Program-made: the position numbers and the translations under genes
The notes under the pieces: generated by a model
What the model saw: only the letters and a program-made list of their open reading frames with translations
The model's database searches: none
What the model was told of the DNA's origin: nothing
From: Promethearchaeota archaeon
GTDB lineage: Archaea > Asgardarchaeota > Lokiarchaeia > Sigyniarchaeales > SOKP01
Length of the DNA stretch: 64,000 nt
Direction: 5' to 3'
Assembly: GCA_004524535.1 (NCBI GenBank)
Contig: SDNY01000003.1
Span: 1-64,000 of the forward strand
Shown: piece by piece, positions 31,278 to 42,023 of the stretch
Layout: every line of letters begins with the position of its first letter
Position numbering within the stretch: position 1 is the first letter of the stretch

Positions 31278-32540
31278 TTAATCACGATTAATTAACCTTG
31301 GAAAATCACGTAAAAACTGCATACTGAAGCAGTAATAACAGTATAGGCCAAGTGTTGGAGGATCTACTCCATAATGAGGGAATCCCAAAGATTTGTACAT
31401 ATCGTACTTTTCCAACATTTCATGGTGTTTTACTCCTAACCGGAGATACCATTCAGTGTCGGGGGGATCCTTTTCTTTAAAGCCACCAACTAAAGGGTAA
31501 GGCGTCCAAATGGTAAACGAGGGCACTATATCTCTCTTAAGAAGAAATTCAAATGCGGTTAAATATGCGTTAAATGAATCTTCTTGCGTTAAGAAACCTT
31601 GCTTAGGAGCGCACTCAAATCCCGCTACAAAGCTACAACTTACATGCCCCCTTCCGAAGATATCTACCGCATCTTTAAGTCGCTTAATCCACTCTTCCCG
31701 CCCAATTGCTTTTGACTTACCTGGAAGAAGTTTTGGCCAGAGCTGTTCATTCCAAACTTCCAGATTAAAGATTACATTCGTTGCCCCCATCTCTTTTAAA
31801 TCCATCTGATCTTCCTTATCAAATGCCTGTGAGAAGATTGTAATCTCCTCAGGCGGATCAATACGCTCAAGAATCGCCGAAAGGCAACTTTTATAGTATT
31901 CTGCCTCCTTTTTGGTGTTATAGAGTGCTCCGCCGGAGAGCTTCAGGTCTCTGAGCTTAACATCCTCTTTACAAGCAATCTCAACAGCTTCAGCAATGAT
32001 CTTATGATCAGGTATCGGTTTCATTATTTTCCGCTGTATTGCAATATCCATTGCTGGGGAGAGGATACAATATTTACATGCATCGTCTTTTTTAAGATAT
32101 GCGCAAAAGTCAAGAGGGCTCACAAGGAGGCAGAATGAACCTCTCTGCATTAAAAGAAACTGGCATTCCTGTCCATCCGATGTGTTTTTATCTGCGTATT
32201 TAGGGCGCCTTGTAAATCTAACCCTTCCAAAATCCCTGTCCCCGGCACAAAGATGGTATTCTTTACTGCTAAGCTCTTTTATCTCATAGGGGCTTTTTTT
32301 ATTTACTTTTATATCCACTGTTGTTTCATCTGACTTGAAATGAAACTGGCTGGGTGGTAAATCTTTTTGGTTCAGTATATGATATTGAAGTTTTGTAGCG
32401 ATTCCTGTTTGACACGATTCTTTACCTGCTCTTTTCAGATCATCGTTTAATTTAATACCTCTTCTTAAGATATCGGCATGTAGAATGATGTTCTGAGGTA
32501 TATTCTGAAAGTCTTTTAATAATTTTTCAATATATTTCAT
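31278..32540 (-). CDS. Radical SAM protein with extended Cx8CxxC motif
   Basis: FCAYLKKDDACKYC; FNLEVW…PGK…IGREEW…AVDIFGRG. Confidence 0.85.
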   Translation of the reverse strand: MKYIEKLLKDFQNIPQNIILHADILRRGIKLNDDLKRAGKESCQTGIATKLQYHILNQKDLPPSQFHFKSDETTVDIKVNKKSPYEIKELSSKEYHLCAGDRDFGRVRFTRRPKYADKNTSDGQECQFLLMQRGSFCLLVSPLDFCAYLKKDDACKYCILSPAMDIAIQRKIMKPIPDHKIIAEAVEIACKEDVKLRDLKLSGGALYNTKKEAEYYKSCLSAILERIDPPEEITIFSQAFDKEDQMDLKEMGATNVIFNLEVWNEQLWPKLLPGKSKAIGREEWIKRLKDAVDIFGRGHVSCSFVAGFECAPKQGFLTQEDSFNAYLTAFEFLLKRDIVPSFTIWTPYPLVGGFKEKDPPDTEWYLRLGVKHHEMLEKYDMYKSLGFPHYGVDPPTLGLYCYYCFSMQFLRDFPRLINRD

Positions 32541-32901
32541 TTTCCACCTAATAATATATTTTATTTTCTTAGAAGCTTAAAATAAAAAACTCTAATTATA
32601 TATAACTTTTATATAAAAAATTGAAATTTTTCACTTAATATTATAATCCTTAACTGAGTTTTTAAAGTTTTTGTCTATTTAAGGGACAAATCTTTTTATA
32701 TATATTTCAGAATTTTATGATAGGGAAGTTTGGGTAAAATTCTTGAATATTTTACAAAAAAAAATCTAAAAAATATTGAATTTTTTTTTTTTTGAAATCA
32801 TTTAAAAATGCCCAAATTAAATAAATAGAAATTATAATTAAATTTATTAACAACAAATCTAAAATTAATAATATTAACTACAAATTCTTTTAAATTAGAA
32901 A

Positions 32902-33816
32902 ATGATAGAAATTGATCCATTTGGAATTTTTAACTTTAAGGTTACTGAAAAAAATATTTATAAGCAGTTAATTCAATTAACAAAGGTTTCTCCTCAAAAA
33001 TATAATAAAATTAATGTATCTGATTTAGTTCAGATGTCAAAATATTCAAAACCTAAAGTTTATGAGGCTATTAAAAAATTAGAAGAATATAATTTAATAC
33101 AAATAATTGGATATCGACCTATGGTCATTGAAGTATATGATCCGAAATACGCCATTGAAAAAATGATTTCTGATAGAACGGGGATTTTAGAAAAAGCAGG
33201 AGAAAAAATGATAGATGATTTATACTCTTTACCTCATATTGAACCAAAATATCCATTGCGCGATACAATTCCATTTAGCTTTTTCACTAGAATAGATGTT
33301 TATTTTTCGCGTTTAGAATATTTACTTGAACATGCTGAGAAAAAAGTAATAATAATTTGTGGATTTTTAATTAAAAATGAGGAGATTATTTTAAAAGAAT
33401 ATTTAAATAAGATTTTTACTAAAAAACCCTCATTAGAAATACGAATATTATATGGAGGTTCATTTTATGATATTCAAAAGGAAGAAGATAAGAGATTTCG
33501 ATCTTTTTTCAAAAAAAATGTGATAGATCCGAATAAACAGATTTTAGATAAATTTACTGAAAATTGTTTTATTGATGGGGCGATAGTTAATGCGCCTCTA
33601 AGGTATTCGATAATTGATGACTCGGAAGTCCTAATGGCTTTAAAAAATGATGATAAAAAGGATAATAGAATTGGCTTAACTGATGTTTCCGGATTCCGGA
33701 CATCCAATAAATCATTTATTCGCTTTCTGTCTGATACTTATATTATGTTAAAAAAAATTTTTATTGATGTAATAAGAAGGGCTGAAGATATGAATAAATT
33801 CATTCCTTTTGACTGA
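32902..33816 (+). CDS. TrmB-family transcriptional regulator
   Basis: N-terminal wHTH (SKPKVYEAIKKLEEYNLI…RP) plus PLD-like effector domain (IIDDSEVL). Confidence 0.8.
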   Translation: MIEIDPFGIFNFKVTEKNIYKQLIQLTKVSPQKYNKINVSDLVQMSKYSKPKVYEAIKKLEEYNLIQIIGYRPMVIEVYDPKYAIEKMISDRTGILEKAGEKMIDDLYSLPHIEPKYPLRDTIPFSFFTRIDVYFSRLEYLLEHAEKKVIIICGFLIKNEEIILKEYLNKIFTKKPSLEIRILYGGSFYDIQKEEDKRFRSFFKKNVIDPNKQILDKFTENCFIDGAIVNAPLRYSIIDDSEVLMALKNDDKKDNRIGLTDVSGFRTSNKSFIRFLSDTYIMLKKIFIDVIRRAEDMNKFIPFD

Positions 33817-33859
33817 TCTGGTAAAAATATGATTTTTTTCTATTTTATTAAACACTTGC

Positions 33860-34141
33860 TTATACTTTATTTATTTCCTGTTTTTCTAAATTTTGGCGAT
33901 TTGATTTTATTTCTTTAAAGCAGTTAAACATTCCATATCCATTTAAAAATACATAACAAAGATTGATAAAAGCAAGACTCAAAACTCCAATGGAAAAACT
34001 AAAGATTGTGATAAGAATTGCAATAATGATTGATAAAATAAATCCTATTACCCTAAAACTGGGTTTGCTTGCTTTTTTACCAATGAAAAAATAAAAAGCA
34101 ATAAACGACAAGATGATAAATACCCATTCTATTACTTCCAT
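33860..34141 (-). CDS. Small membrane protein (3 TM)
   Basis: 93-aa hydrophobic ORF with GAGGT RBS. Confidence 0.65.
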   Translation of the reverse strand: MEVIEWVFIILSFIAFYFFIGKKASKPSFRVIGFILSIIIAILITIFSFSIGVLSLAFINLCYVFLNGYGMFNCFKEIKSNRQNLEKQEINKV

Positions 34142-34216
34142 ATTATTTAAACCTCATAATAATTCTTTTTCTACTAAATTGCTTAAATTTTAAAAAATTT
34201 ATTAGATATTTTAAGA

Positions 34217-34241
34217 TTTATAATTCTAAGAAATTTTTCAA
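34217..34241. repeat. Intergenic repeat TTTATAATTCTAAGAAATTTTTCAA
   Basis: Identical to 23187-23211. Confidence 0.7.
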
Positions 34242-34341
34242 TTTTGATATTTGATGAGGATTCATTTCATTATTGCATAAATTTCTTTAGCAAGTGCCAA
34301 TTTATATAATTACAACTAAAGTAAAAATTAAGACATCTAAA

Positions 34342-35490
34342 ATGCCGGATATAATAATATTATCGGGATATAGAAGCGATTGGTTAGAAATTAAAAGAAT
34401 TGAACAAGCCTCAGAGGATTTAGGATACTCACATCAAATATTTTCTGTGGAGGATATTGGTTGGGCTTTGCTGAATCCTATAAAGAGTTATAAAAAAGAC
34501 TCAGCTATTATTAACCGAATAGGCTTAATGTCTCAAGTAAATTATATTCAACCAATGATAACATTCAATGGGTATGAATTATTTAATAATCCCTCCGTTA
34601 CAAATATATGTGATAATAAAACACTGACTACTGCATGCTTTGAAGCAGCAGGGATTCAGTCAACACCAACAATCTGGATTCCTATCACAAATCATCCAAG
34701 ATTGAAAGTTAGGGAGATTAGAAAATCAATTGTAGATACAATTGAAAGCCAGTTTGAATATCCCGTTGTAATTAAACCAACTGGGGGGGGTCGAGGCTGG
34801 AAGGTAACATTTCTTAAAAACCGGGAAGAATTAGATGAATATTTATTTAATGATGAGAGAATCCTTGCAAATCCATGGGGGTTATATGTTCAACAATATA
34901 AATCTCATATTGCTGATATTAGAGTCGTCGTTGGTAAAAAGAAAGGCTCGCCTTTAGAAATCTTTGCCGCATTATTTAGAATACCCATGAAGGAATGTAT
35001 TGTGGCAAACACCTCTCAAGGTAACCCTTCAGTTAAATTCGAAATCTCCGATAGAATAAAATCTTTCTCATTTAAAATGTGCCAGTCTGTGTTGGACGGT
35101 GCCACTAAATTGGATGGGGTTAAAGATCGGGGCATTCTTTTAGGGATTGATATATTAGTTAATTCCGATGATATAGATCTAAGAAATAATATAAGAGATC
35201 TTGGAAACCAACTAAAAAGTTCGGAAGAATTCAAATTGACTCACATGAAAAAACGATTTAAAGTAGATTTTGAAGACAAAGATAAAAAATTCCATTCAGA
35301 TATGGATAGGTATATGAACTTAGAGATCTATCATGAAATAAAAGAGTTGCTTATTGATGGAACTAGCAAGGCAAATCTTTTTGCGAGTGAAGCTAATGCT
35401 ACAATTGATTTTGGGGATCTAACACATGTATTTAGCGAAGGTAAAGTAGCTCGTGGAATTGTGGAATGTGCTGTTAGCAATTTAGAATAA
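34342..35490 (+). CDS. lysX: ATP-grasp ligase, LysX/ArgX/RimK family
   Basis: CDNKTLT, YPVVIKPTGGGRGWKV, VQQY, DIRVVV, ANTSQG, GIDIL, EAN; adjacent to lysZ and lysW; ATG at 34342 preferred over GTG at 34294. Confidence 0.75.
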   Translation: MPDIIILSGYRSDWLEIKRIEQASEDLGYSHQIFSVEDIGWALLNPIKSYKKDSAIINRIGLMSQVNYIQPMITFNGYELFNNPSVTNICDNKTLTTACFEAAGIQSTPTIWIPITNHPRLKVREIRKSIVDTIESQFEYPVVIKPTGGGRGWKVTFLKNREELDEYLFNDERILANPWGLYVQQYKSHIADIRVVVGKKKGSPLEIFAALFRIPMKECIVANTSQGNPSVKFEISDRIKSFSFKMCQSVLDGATKLDGVKDRGILLGIDILVNSDDIDLRNNIRDLGNQLKSSEEFKLTHMKKRFKVDFEDKDKKFHSDMDRYMNLEIYHEIKELLIDGTSKANLFASEANATIDFGDLTHVFSEGKVARGIVECAVSNLE

Positions 35491-35511
35491 TAAAACAGGA
35501 AGTTAAGAAAG

Positions 35512-36321
35512 ATGTCAGAAAAGATTGTTATTAAAGTGGGTGGAGATTTAGTAAAGGAAAATTTAGATTTTCTAATCTCAGATTTAGTAAAATTAAATGC
35601 TGAAAACAAGAAAATAATTTTATGTCATGCGGGAGCCGATGTAATTACAACAGTGGCTGAAAAGATGGGTAAACCCCAGATTTTTACTCACTCTACCAAA
35701 GGTTATAAAGCTCGTTATGTAGACGAGGAAACCAGAGATATTTATATTATGGTGGTTGCGGGCCTAAATAATAAACGCCTTGTAAAAGAAATGCTTGCTA
35801 AGGATCTCCCAGCTGTTGGGATATCGGGAGTAGATGGGGGACTAATATTAGCTGAAAGATTTAAGAAAGCAATGGTTATTTTGAATGGGAAAAGAAAGCT
35901 TAAGGATAATTACACGGGGAAACCAACCAAAGTAAATACCAAATTAATCGAAACTCTCTGGGAGAAAAATTATATTCCAGTTATAGCTTCTGTTGCTATC
36001 AGCGAAGATAATGAGATTATTGGCGGTGATAGTGATAGGATGTCTGATGCAATCGCAGTGGCGACTAAAGCAGATAAACTCATACTTTTAACAGATGTTG
36101 ATGGAGTTTTAGATAAAAATAAGAACCTTATTAATCATATAAATAGGCAAAATTCTGAATTAATCCTTGAAAATGTGAGTGGAGGTATGAAAACCAAGGT
36201 TATTGTTGCCCTAAAATCTGCCAGTGAAGGTATTAAACAAGTTATTATCGCTTCTGGGTTACGAGAGAATCCAATTATCAAAGCTCTTAATAATGAGAAT
36301 TGTACCATTATAACTGATTAA
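35512..36321 (+). CDS. lysZ: [LysW]-aminoadipate/glutamate kinase
   Basis: IVIKVGG, AGLNNKRLV, GISGVDGGL, YTGKP, DSDR, LLTDVDG, GGMKTK. Confidence 0.88.
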   Translation: MSEKIVIKVGGDLVKENLDFLISDLVKLNAENKKIILCHAGADVITTVAEKMGKPQIFTHSTKGYKARYVDEETRDIYIMVVAGLNNKRLVKEMLAKDLPAVGISGVDGGLILAERFKKAMVILNGKRKLKDNYTGKPTKVNTKLIETLWEKNYIPVIASVAISEDNEIIGGDSDRMSDAIAVATKADKLILLTDVDGVLDKNKNLINHINRQNSELILENVSGGMKTKVIVALKSASEGIKQVIIASGLRENPIIKALNNENCTIITD

Positions 36322-36395
36322 CTTTAATTTGCGCCAAAAAATAAAAATAGTATCTAAAATTTAATTTATTATTATAATTAATAACGGTGATATAT

Positions 36396-36611
36396 ATGGC
36401 TGAAAAAATTTATGAGTCTACAAAAAAAGAAGGTGGTAAGTTTAAATTGGAATGTTCCGAATGCTACTTTGAAAATCTGATTGAAGATCCAGAAGTAGAC
36501 GATGTTATTGAATGTCAGGATTGTGGGTCTCCCTTCACTATTGTAGATGTCTCTGACGATAAAATCAAGTTCAAAGCTGTCGTCTTTGACGAAGAAGAAT
36601 GGAGAGAGTAA
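36396..36611 (+). CDS. lysW: LysW-like amino-group carrier protein
   Basis: CSEC…CQDCG zinc ribbon, acidic, C-terminus DEEEWRE; GGTGA RBS before ATG at 36396. Confidence 0.8.
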   Translation: MAEKIYESTKKEGGKFKLECSECYFENLIEDPEVDDVIECQDCGSPFTIVDVSDDKIKFKAVVFDEEEWRE

Positions 36612-36851
36612 TTTAAAGTCCATGGATTATCTCTTCCTACGCGCTTTTTTTGTGTTGCCCAACTAGACTGTGATAATTCTAAAAAATTTTTCAACATTTA
36701 GCTTCATTTTTATTGATTCAGCATGGAAATGGTAATACAATAGATTATATTCGTTAAAATTTGACAAGAATGTAAGAGTAATACTAAATTATAAAAAAGT
36801 ATGAAAAATAAGTTTAATTAATCACAATTAGTAAAATTTAATTTTATCATT

Positions 36852-37445
36852 ATGTCAGATTTAGTTGTAAAATCAATTGGAATCGTAAAGAATAAGGCGA
36901 ATAAAGAAGTTTTAAAATATTCAAATAAAGATATAAAATTAGATCTTGATACGGCATTAAATCAAGGTAGTGATTTAATAAAATCCAAGATTTTAATAAA
37001 AGAGGAATATATTGATTGTTTGGATGGAATTGAAGATTTTTCTCACATCCTTGTATTTTTTTGGACCAATAAAGTTCCAGAGAAAGCTCGCCAACTCAAG
37101 AAAGTACACCCCGCAGGATTAAGGAAAATGCCAATTAAAGGAATTTTTGCTACTAGATCACCAGTGAGACCTAATCCAATTGGTATAACGACAGTCAAAT
37201 TAATCGAAAGGAAAGCTAACATGTTAATTGTCGAGGGATTAGATGCTATAGACAACACACCTGTAATTGATATAAAACCACATATGCCCTTTTATGATTC
37301 TCCAGTTAATGTTAAACTAGCAGATTGGCTATATAAAGTAATGGATGAATTAAAAAAATTGACTCAAAACTCTGATCTGGACGACTCATCAAATCCATAT
37401 TCATTTGATATCCGTTCTCATCCTTGTATTGATACCAGAGGATAG
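36852..37445 (+). CDS. tsaA: tRNA m6t6A37 methyltransferase TrmO/TsaA family
   Basis: LDGIEDFSHI, GIFATRSPVRPNPIG, GLDAIDNTPVIDIKP. Confidence 0.93.
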   Translation: MSDLVVKSIGIVKNKANKEVLKYSNKDIKLDLDTALNQGSDLIKSKILIKEEYIDCLDGIEDFSHILVFFWTNKVPEKARQLKKVHPAGLRKMPIKGIFATRSPVRPNPIGITTVKLIERKANMLIVEGLDAIDNTPVIDIKPHMPFYDSPVNVKLADWLYKVMDELKKLTQNSDLDDSSNPYSFDIRSHPCIDTRG

Positions 37446-37617
37446 AAATTTTAAAAGCTAATATCCTAATATTATATATATTCCTTTATTATTTATAGAT
37501 TCTAACACTCGATTTAGCTCTAATTCAGTCATCTTTATTATTTTTAAAAAGTATAAAATTAAATATATTAGAATTGATATTAAAATACCAAATAAATTAA
37601 TTAAATAATGGTTTTTT

Positions 37618-38826
37618 ATGCCTTATAAAGGGGGTTTTTTGCCTGGGAGATATCCCATAAAAGATTTACGCCGGTCTCGCATTATTAAGATAGCCCCTGA
37701 TGTTTGGGAGATTGAGGGGTACCTTTCTAACAACTTTTTCTTAAAGCCACCAACTTGTAATATTTATGTTTTACGGGATGAAGATATGGTTTTATTACTT
37801 GATACTGGAACATATCCATATTATAGAAATATAATATTGAAAATTCTTGAAAAGTTTAGAAAAGAAGGGGCAAAGGAACTTGTTTTATTACAAGGTCATG
37901 GCCATTTCGACCATGTGGCAAATAATGATGTAATTTATGAAACTAAATATGAAAAAATCCGTTTCCTCCTTCCGAAAATTGAATTGAGTACAATAGACCT
38001 ATCCTATCATTGGACACATGATTTTTATGATCGGGAAGCCTATTATGATCCATATGATTTAGTCCCCCTAAAAATCACGGGTGTCCTCAAAATCTCTAAT
38101 AGATTTTCCAGAAGATTAGCACGATTTGTTTTGGATAAATTAATTAAGTTTTATTTCAGAGGGATTAAAACTATGACGGAAAAAGCAGAATTACTTACGA
38201 ATGAAAACCAAATAAAAAAGACTTATGGTGACGTTGAATTTTTTGGTTGGGAGATTGGACGCTTTTTCGCAATTCATGATGGAACACATACACCCGGACA
38301 TATTTCTCTTTATGATCCTAAAAATAAACTCTTTCTTACAGGAGATGCAACTGTAGAAATTAATCCTGCGTTCTTTAATAGTAATTTAAATAACTGTATT
38401 GAAATGATGGGCAAGTTCAGATCTTTCGCAGAACAAGGATTTGTAGAAATTGCAAATGACAGTCACAGAAGTGCTATTTGGGCAAAAGAACTTTCAGAGA
38501 AATATAAATACAAACCATTAGATCCTATACAATTAGTTGATATTGCTAGAGGTAAGGAGGAATGTGTAAGATTTTTCCATACTTATGAAAGATACTTTAT
38601 CGCAATTAAACAGGTTGTCTTAAAGATTTTAAAAAAGTTAGGGAGCGCAACTGTGTCTGATATCGTAGAACAGATCAAATATTCAAATCATCCTGCGGTG
38701 AAAATGAAAGTTGCATTAAAATTCCCTAATATTCCTTCCCGGTTAGACGTATTAGTTGCTTGTGTTCTAAAAGAAAACAAGATTCCTCATAAGAAAATTG
38801 GTAAAAAAATTGTTTATTCTTTATAA
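37618..38826 (+). CDS. Metallo-beta-lactamase fold hydrolase
   Basis: LLDTG, HGHFDH, HTPGH, TGD. Confidence 0.88.
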   Translation: MPYKGGFLPGRYPIKDLRRSRIIKIAPDVWEIEGYLSNNFFLKPPTCNIYVLRDEDMVLLLDTGTYPYYRNIILKILEKFRKEGAKELVLLQGHGHFDHVANNDVIYETKYEKIRFLLPKIELSTIDLSYHWTHDFYDREAYYDPYDLVPLKITGVLKISNRFSRRLARFVLDKLIKFYFRGIKTMTEKAELLTNENQIKKTYGDVEFFGWEIGRFFAIHDGTHTPGHISLYDPKNKLFLTGDATVEINPAFFNSNLNNCIEMMGKFRSFAEQGFVEIANDSHRSAIWAKELSEKYKYKPLDPIQLVDIARGKEECVRFFHTYERYFIAIKQVVLKILKKLGSATVSDIVEQIKYSNHPAVKMKVALKFPNIPSRLDVLVACVLKENKIPHKKIGKKIVYSL

Positions 38827-38970
38827 GCAATAGCAATAGCTTCATTTTAATAAATAATACATATAATTAATTCTGATGCTACATTATAAAACTCACATAT
38901 TAGCAATAAAATTTCTAATAATAGATGTATAAATAATTCTATAACAATTAAAAAAATCTGATGAATTTTA

Positions 38971-40437
38971 ATGGTAAACGCAATATTAATTGTACTTGAT
39001 ACACTAAGACAGGATCATGTCGGATGCTATGGCAATACGTGGATAAAAACACCGCATTTAGACGAGTTTGCCAAGGAAGCTGTGAAATTTACAAAAATGT
39101 ATCCTGATTCACTCCCAACGCTTCCCGTGCGAAAAGCCATCTATACTGGGAAGAGGGTCTTTCCTTTTACAGATGATAAGCTAGGAGAGACTAAATCTGG
39201 GCGGGGAGACTTTATTGGTAATGCTCTCGGCGCACCTGGTTGGGGTTCCATTTCAGAATCGCATGATACTTTGGCTGAACGATTTCAGCGAAAAAAATAT
39301 ATCTCTGCATTGTTCTCTGATGTATATCACCAATTTAAACCTGGATATAATTTTCAGCGTGGATTTACTCAATGGGAATGGATCCGTGGACAAGAAGAAG
39401 ATGCTTTTCTTTCTGGTCCAGAAATTTCTAACGAGGATCTCCAAAAATATCTTACTTCCAAACAGCAAGGAACTACATCAGGAACTGTTTTTGCAAAATT
39501 CATGATGGAACAGTTTTTAAAAAATACACGCTGGTGGCGCTCTGAAACTGATACCTTTCCTGCCCAAGTATTTCGCAAAGCTGGAGAATGGTTAGATCTA
39601 AACCTAGATGCTCTAATAAAGGGTAAAGGATTTATAACTGTGGAATCGTTTGATCCACATGAACCTTGGAATCCTCCTCTTCATTATATTCGAATGTATG
39701 AAAAAGATCCAGATTGGGAAAAGGGTTGCCAAAAAATTACACACTCTTTATATGGCCCAGCAGATATTCTCTCAGAACAAGAACTCAAGAACTTAAAGAC
39801 ACGCTATGCCGCAGAAGTCTCGCTTGTCGATACATGGTTTGGGTATTTCATAGAATATATTAAGAGGATTGGGATTTGGGATAATTCAATCATCGTTGTC
39901 GTTTCGGATCACGGACATATGTTAGGGGAGCACGGGCTAATTGCAAAGGCTGCTAATCCCCTGGGGCGAGAAGTAGCTGATCTTGTTGCTATGATTCGAT
40001 TCCCTGGAGGTGAAATGGCAGGAAAAACTTGCGATAAGTTTTGTTATCATCATGATATTGCTGCTACGATATGTAATGCATGTAAAATCTCTTACAAAGA
40101 TATGGATGGAAAGGATCTATTCCCTTTAGTTAAAGATGATAAGCTGAATTATTATGATCATGTTTCCATAGCATGGGGAGGCTCCGTTGCAGTATATAAT
40201 AATGATTTCTGGTATAATGGATATATATGGGATATTGAAGAAGGCAGTTTGTTTGATGTAAAGAAGGATCCCAAATTGAATAAAAATATCATTTCAAAAG
40301 CTCCAGACAAGGCAAAAGAGCTATTAAAGCTCTGCTGGGAGGACGCTCGTGAGCCAATTGATATGGATTTCATGCGCCAATTTAAAGACCGACTCGGGTG
40401 CACTCCTGTAACTAAAGGATTAACCAGAAATGACTAA
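38971..40437 (+). CDS. Sulfatase-like hydrolase (alkaline phosphatase superfamily)
   Basis: IVLDTLRQDH, PTLPVRKAIYTG, FDPHEPW, VSDHG. Confidence 0.9.
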   Translation: MVNAILIVLDTLRQDHVGCYGNTWIKTPHLDEFAKEAVKFTKMYPDSLPTLPVRKAIYTGKRVFPFTDDKLGETKSGRGDFIGNALGAPGWGSISESHDTLAERFQRKKYISALFSDVYHQFKPGYNFQRGFTQWEWIRGQEEDAFLSGPEISNEDLQKYLTSKQQGTTSGTVFAKFMMEQFLKNTRWWRSETDTFPAQVFRKAGEWLDLNLDALIKGKGFITVESFDPHEPWNPPLHYIRMYEKDPDWEKGCQKITHSLYGPADILSEQELKNLKTRYAAEVSLVDTWFGYFIEYIKRIGIWDNSIIVVVSDHGHMLGEHGLIAKAANPLGREVADLVAMIRFPGGEMAGKTCDKFCYHHDIAATICNACKISYKDMDGKDLFPLVKDDKLNYYDHVSIAWGGSVAVYNNDFWYNGYIWDIEEGSLFDVKKDPKLNKNIISKAPDKAKELLKLCWEDAREPIDMDFMRQFKDRLGCTPVTKGLTRND

Positions 40438-40564
40438 AAAAAATTTAAAGATATAATTGGAGAGGACTAATAAAATAAATAGAATATAATGATAAAATCT
40501 AGCACTGAAAATTATTATATTATCATTATATCTAAATAACTATAATTTAAACAAATTACAAAAA

Positions 40565-42001
40565 ATGTTAAGTGATATGAATAAGGAAGATATTTGCTAT
40601 ATGCCCGCTTGGCAGATGGTAGAAAAGATAAGAACACAAGAATTATCCTCCCAAGAGATAACTGAGATCATAATAGAGAGAATTGAAAAGATAAATCCAA
40701 AATTAAATTCCTATTGTACTACAACTTTTGACCTAGCAAGAAAAATGGCAAAGAAAGCTGATGATCGAGCAAAAACTGGTGAAAATGTCGGATTATTGAA
40801 TGGAATTCCTACATCCATTAAAGATACTATGGATATTAAAGGAATTCGTACCACGTATGGTTCTAAGTTTTTTGAACACCATATTCCTAAGGAGACTACC
40901 GTGGATGTGCAACGCCTTATTGATGCAGGATGCGTAATCTTAGGAAAGACTAATAACTCTGAGTTTGCGTTTTTTGGCGTTACTAATAATGAAGTATTTG
41001 GCGTTACCAATAATCCTTGGAATTTGGAAAGAACGTGTGGTGGATCTAGTGGTGGTGCTGGGGCATCAGTTGCAGCAGGAATTAGCCCTCTAGCACTAGG
41101 GTCTGATGGAGGGGGATCTATTAGAATTCCAGCTAGTTTAAATGGAATCTATGGTTTAAAACCTAATTTTGGGAGAATACCAATTTATCCAAGAAATGGA
41201 CTTGGAGGCTTTACCGTTTGTGCTAATGGTCCAATGACAAATTATGTAAAGGATGCGGCATTAATGCTGGATGTTTTGAAGGGATTCCATGAAGCAGATA
41301 GGGATGTCCTACCAGATGATGGTGTCAGCTATTTTAAGAAGGTAAATGAAAAACCAAATAAATTAAAAATAGCATTTTCCCTAGATTTAGGTAATACTAA
41401 ACAAATCGAGCCAGAGGTAGAAAAAGCAGTAACAGATTCTGTTCAAAAGTTTGAAGAATTAGGCTGGACGGTTGATACACCAAAATCTCGATTAAGACCT
41501 CCTACTTGGGCATTCAATACTACTTATACTGCAAATGCCGCTTATAACTTAGGACCTTATTTACAAGAAAACAGAGAATTATTAGGGTCTGAATTGGTTA
41601 AAAGTATTGAAGTAGGATTGACTCATTCAGCTGTAGATCTGCTCAATGCATTTAATGCAAGAAAAAACTTCTATGAAAAAATGTATCACTTCATGAAAAA
41701 TTATGATGTTTTAATAACCCCAACGCTTTCAGTCACAGCATTTCCTCATGGAATCTTGTATCCTGCAATAATTAATGGTAAAGGAGTTCCACCCACTGGT
41801 TGGCAACCAAATACATGGCCTTTTAATCTAACAGGTCACCCTGCGGCTTCAATTCCTTGTGGGTGGTCAGAAGAGGGACTTCCCATTGGAATGCAAATCA
41901 TAGGGCATCGATTTGATGAGTTAACAGTGCTGCAGGTTTCTCAAGCTTTTGAAGAAATAGCCCCATGGCAAGACAGGAAACCAAATCTATTCCTCCGATA
42001 A
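40565..42001 (+). CDS. Amidase signature family enzyme
   Basis: SIKD, GKTN, GGSSGG, GSDGGGSIRIPAS. Confidence 0.95.
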   Translation: MLSDMNKEDICYMPAWQMVEKIRTQELSSQEITEIIIERIEKINPKLNSYCTTTFDLARKMAKKADDRAKTGENVGLLNGIPTSIKDTMDIKGIRTTYGSKFFEHHIPKETTVDVQRLIDAGCVILGKTNNSEFAFFGVTNNEVFGVTNNPWNLERTCGGSSGGAGASVAAGISPLALGSDGGGSIRIPASLNGIYGLKPNFGRIPIYPRNGLGGFTVCANGPMTNYVKDAALMLDVLKGFHEADRDVLPDDGVSYFKKVNEKPNKLKIAFSLDLGNTKQIEPEVEKAVTDSVQKFEELGWTVDTPKSRLRPPTWAFNTTYTANAAYNLGPYLQENRELLGSELVKSIEVGLTHSAVDLLNAFNARKNFYEKMYHFMKNYDVLITPTLSVTAFPHGILYPAIINGKGVPPTGWQPNTWPFNLTGHPAASIPCGWSEEGLPIGMQIIGHRFDELTVLQVSQAFEEIAPWQDRKPNLFLR

Positions 42002-42023
42002 ATGAAATAATAGTCTGCTAATT

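Noticed and set aside
35161-35380. Insertion in the LysX-like ligase as an intron or intein
   Set aside because: Open, protein-like and helical, with no BHB or intein motifs
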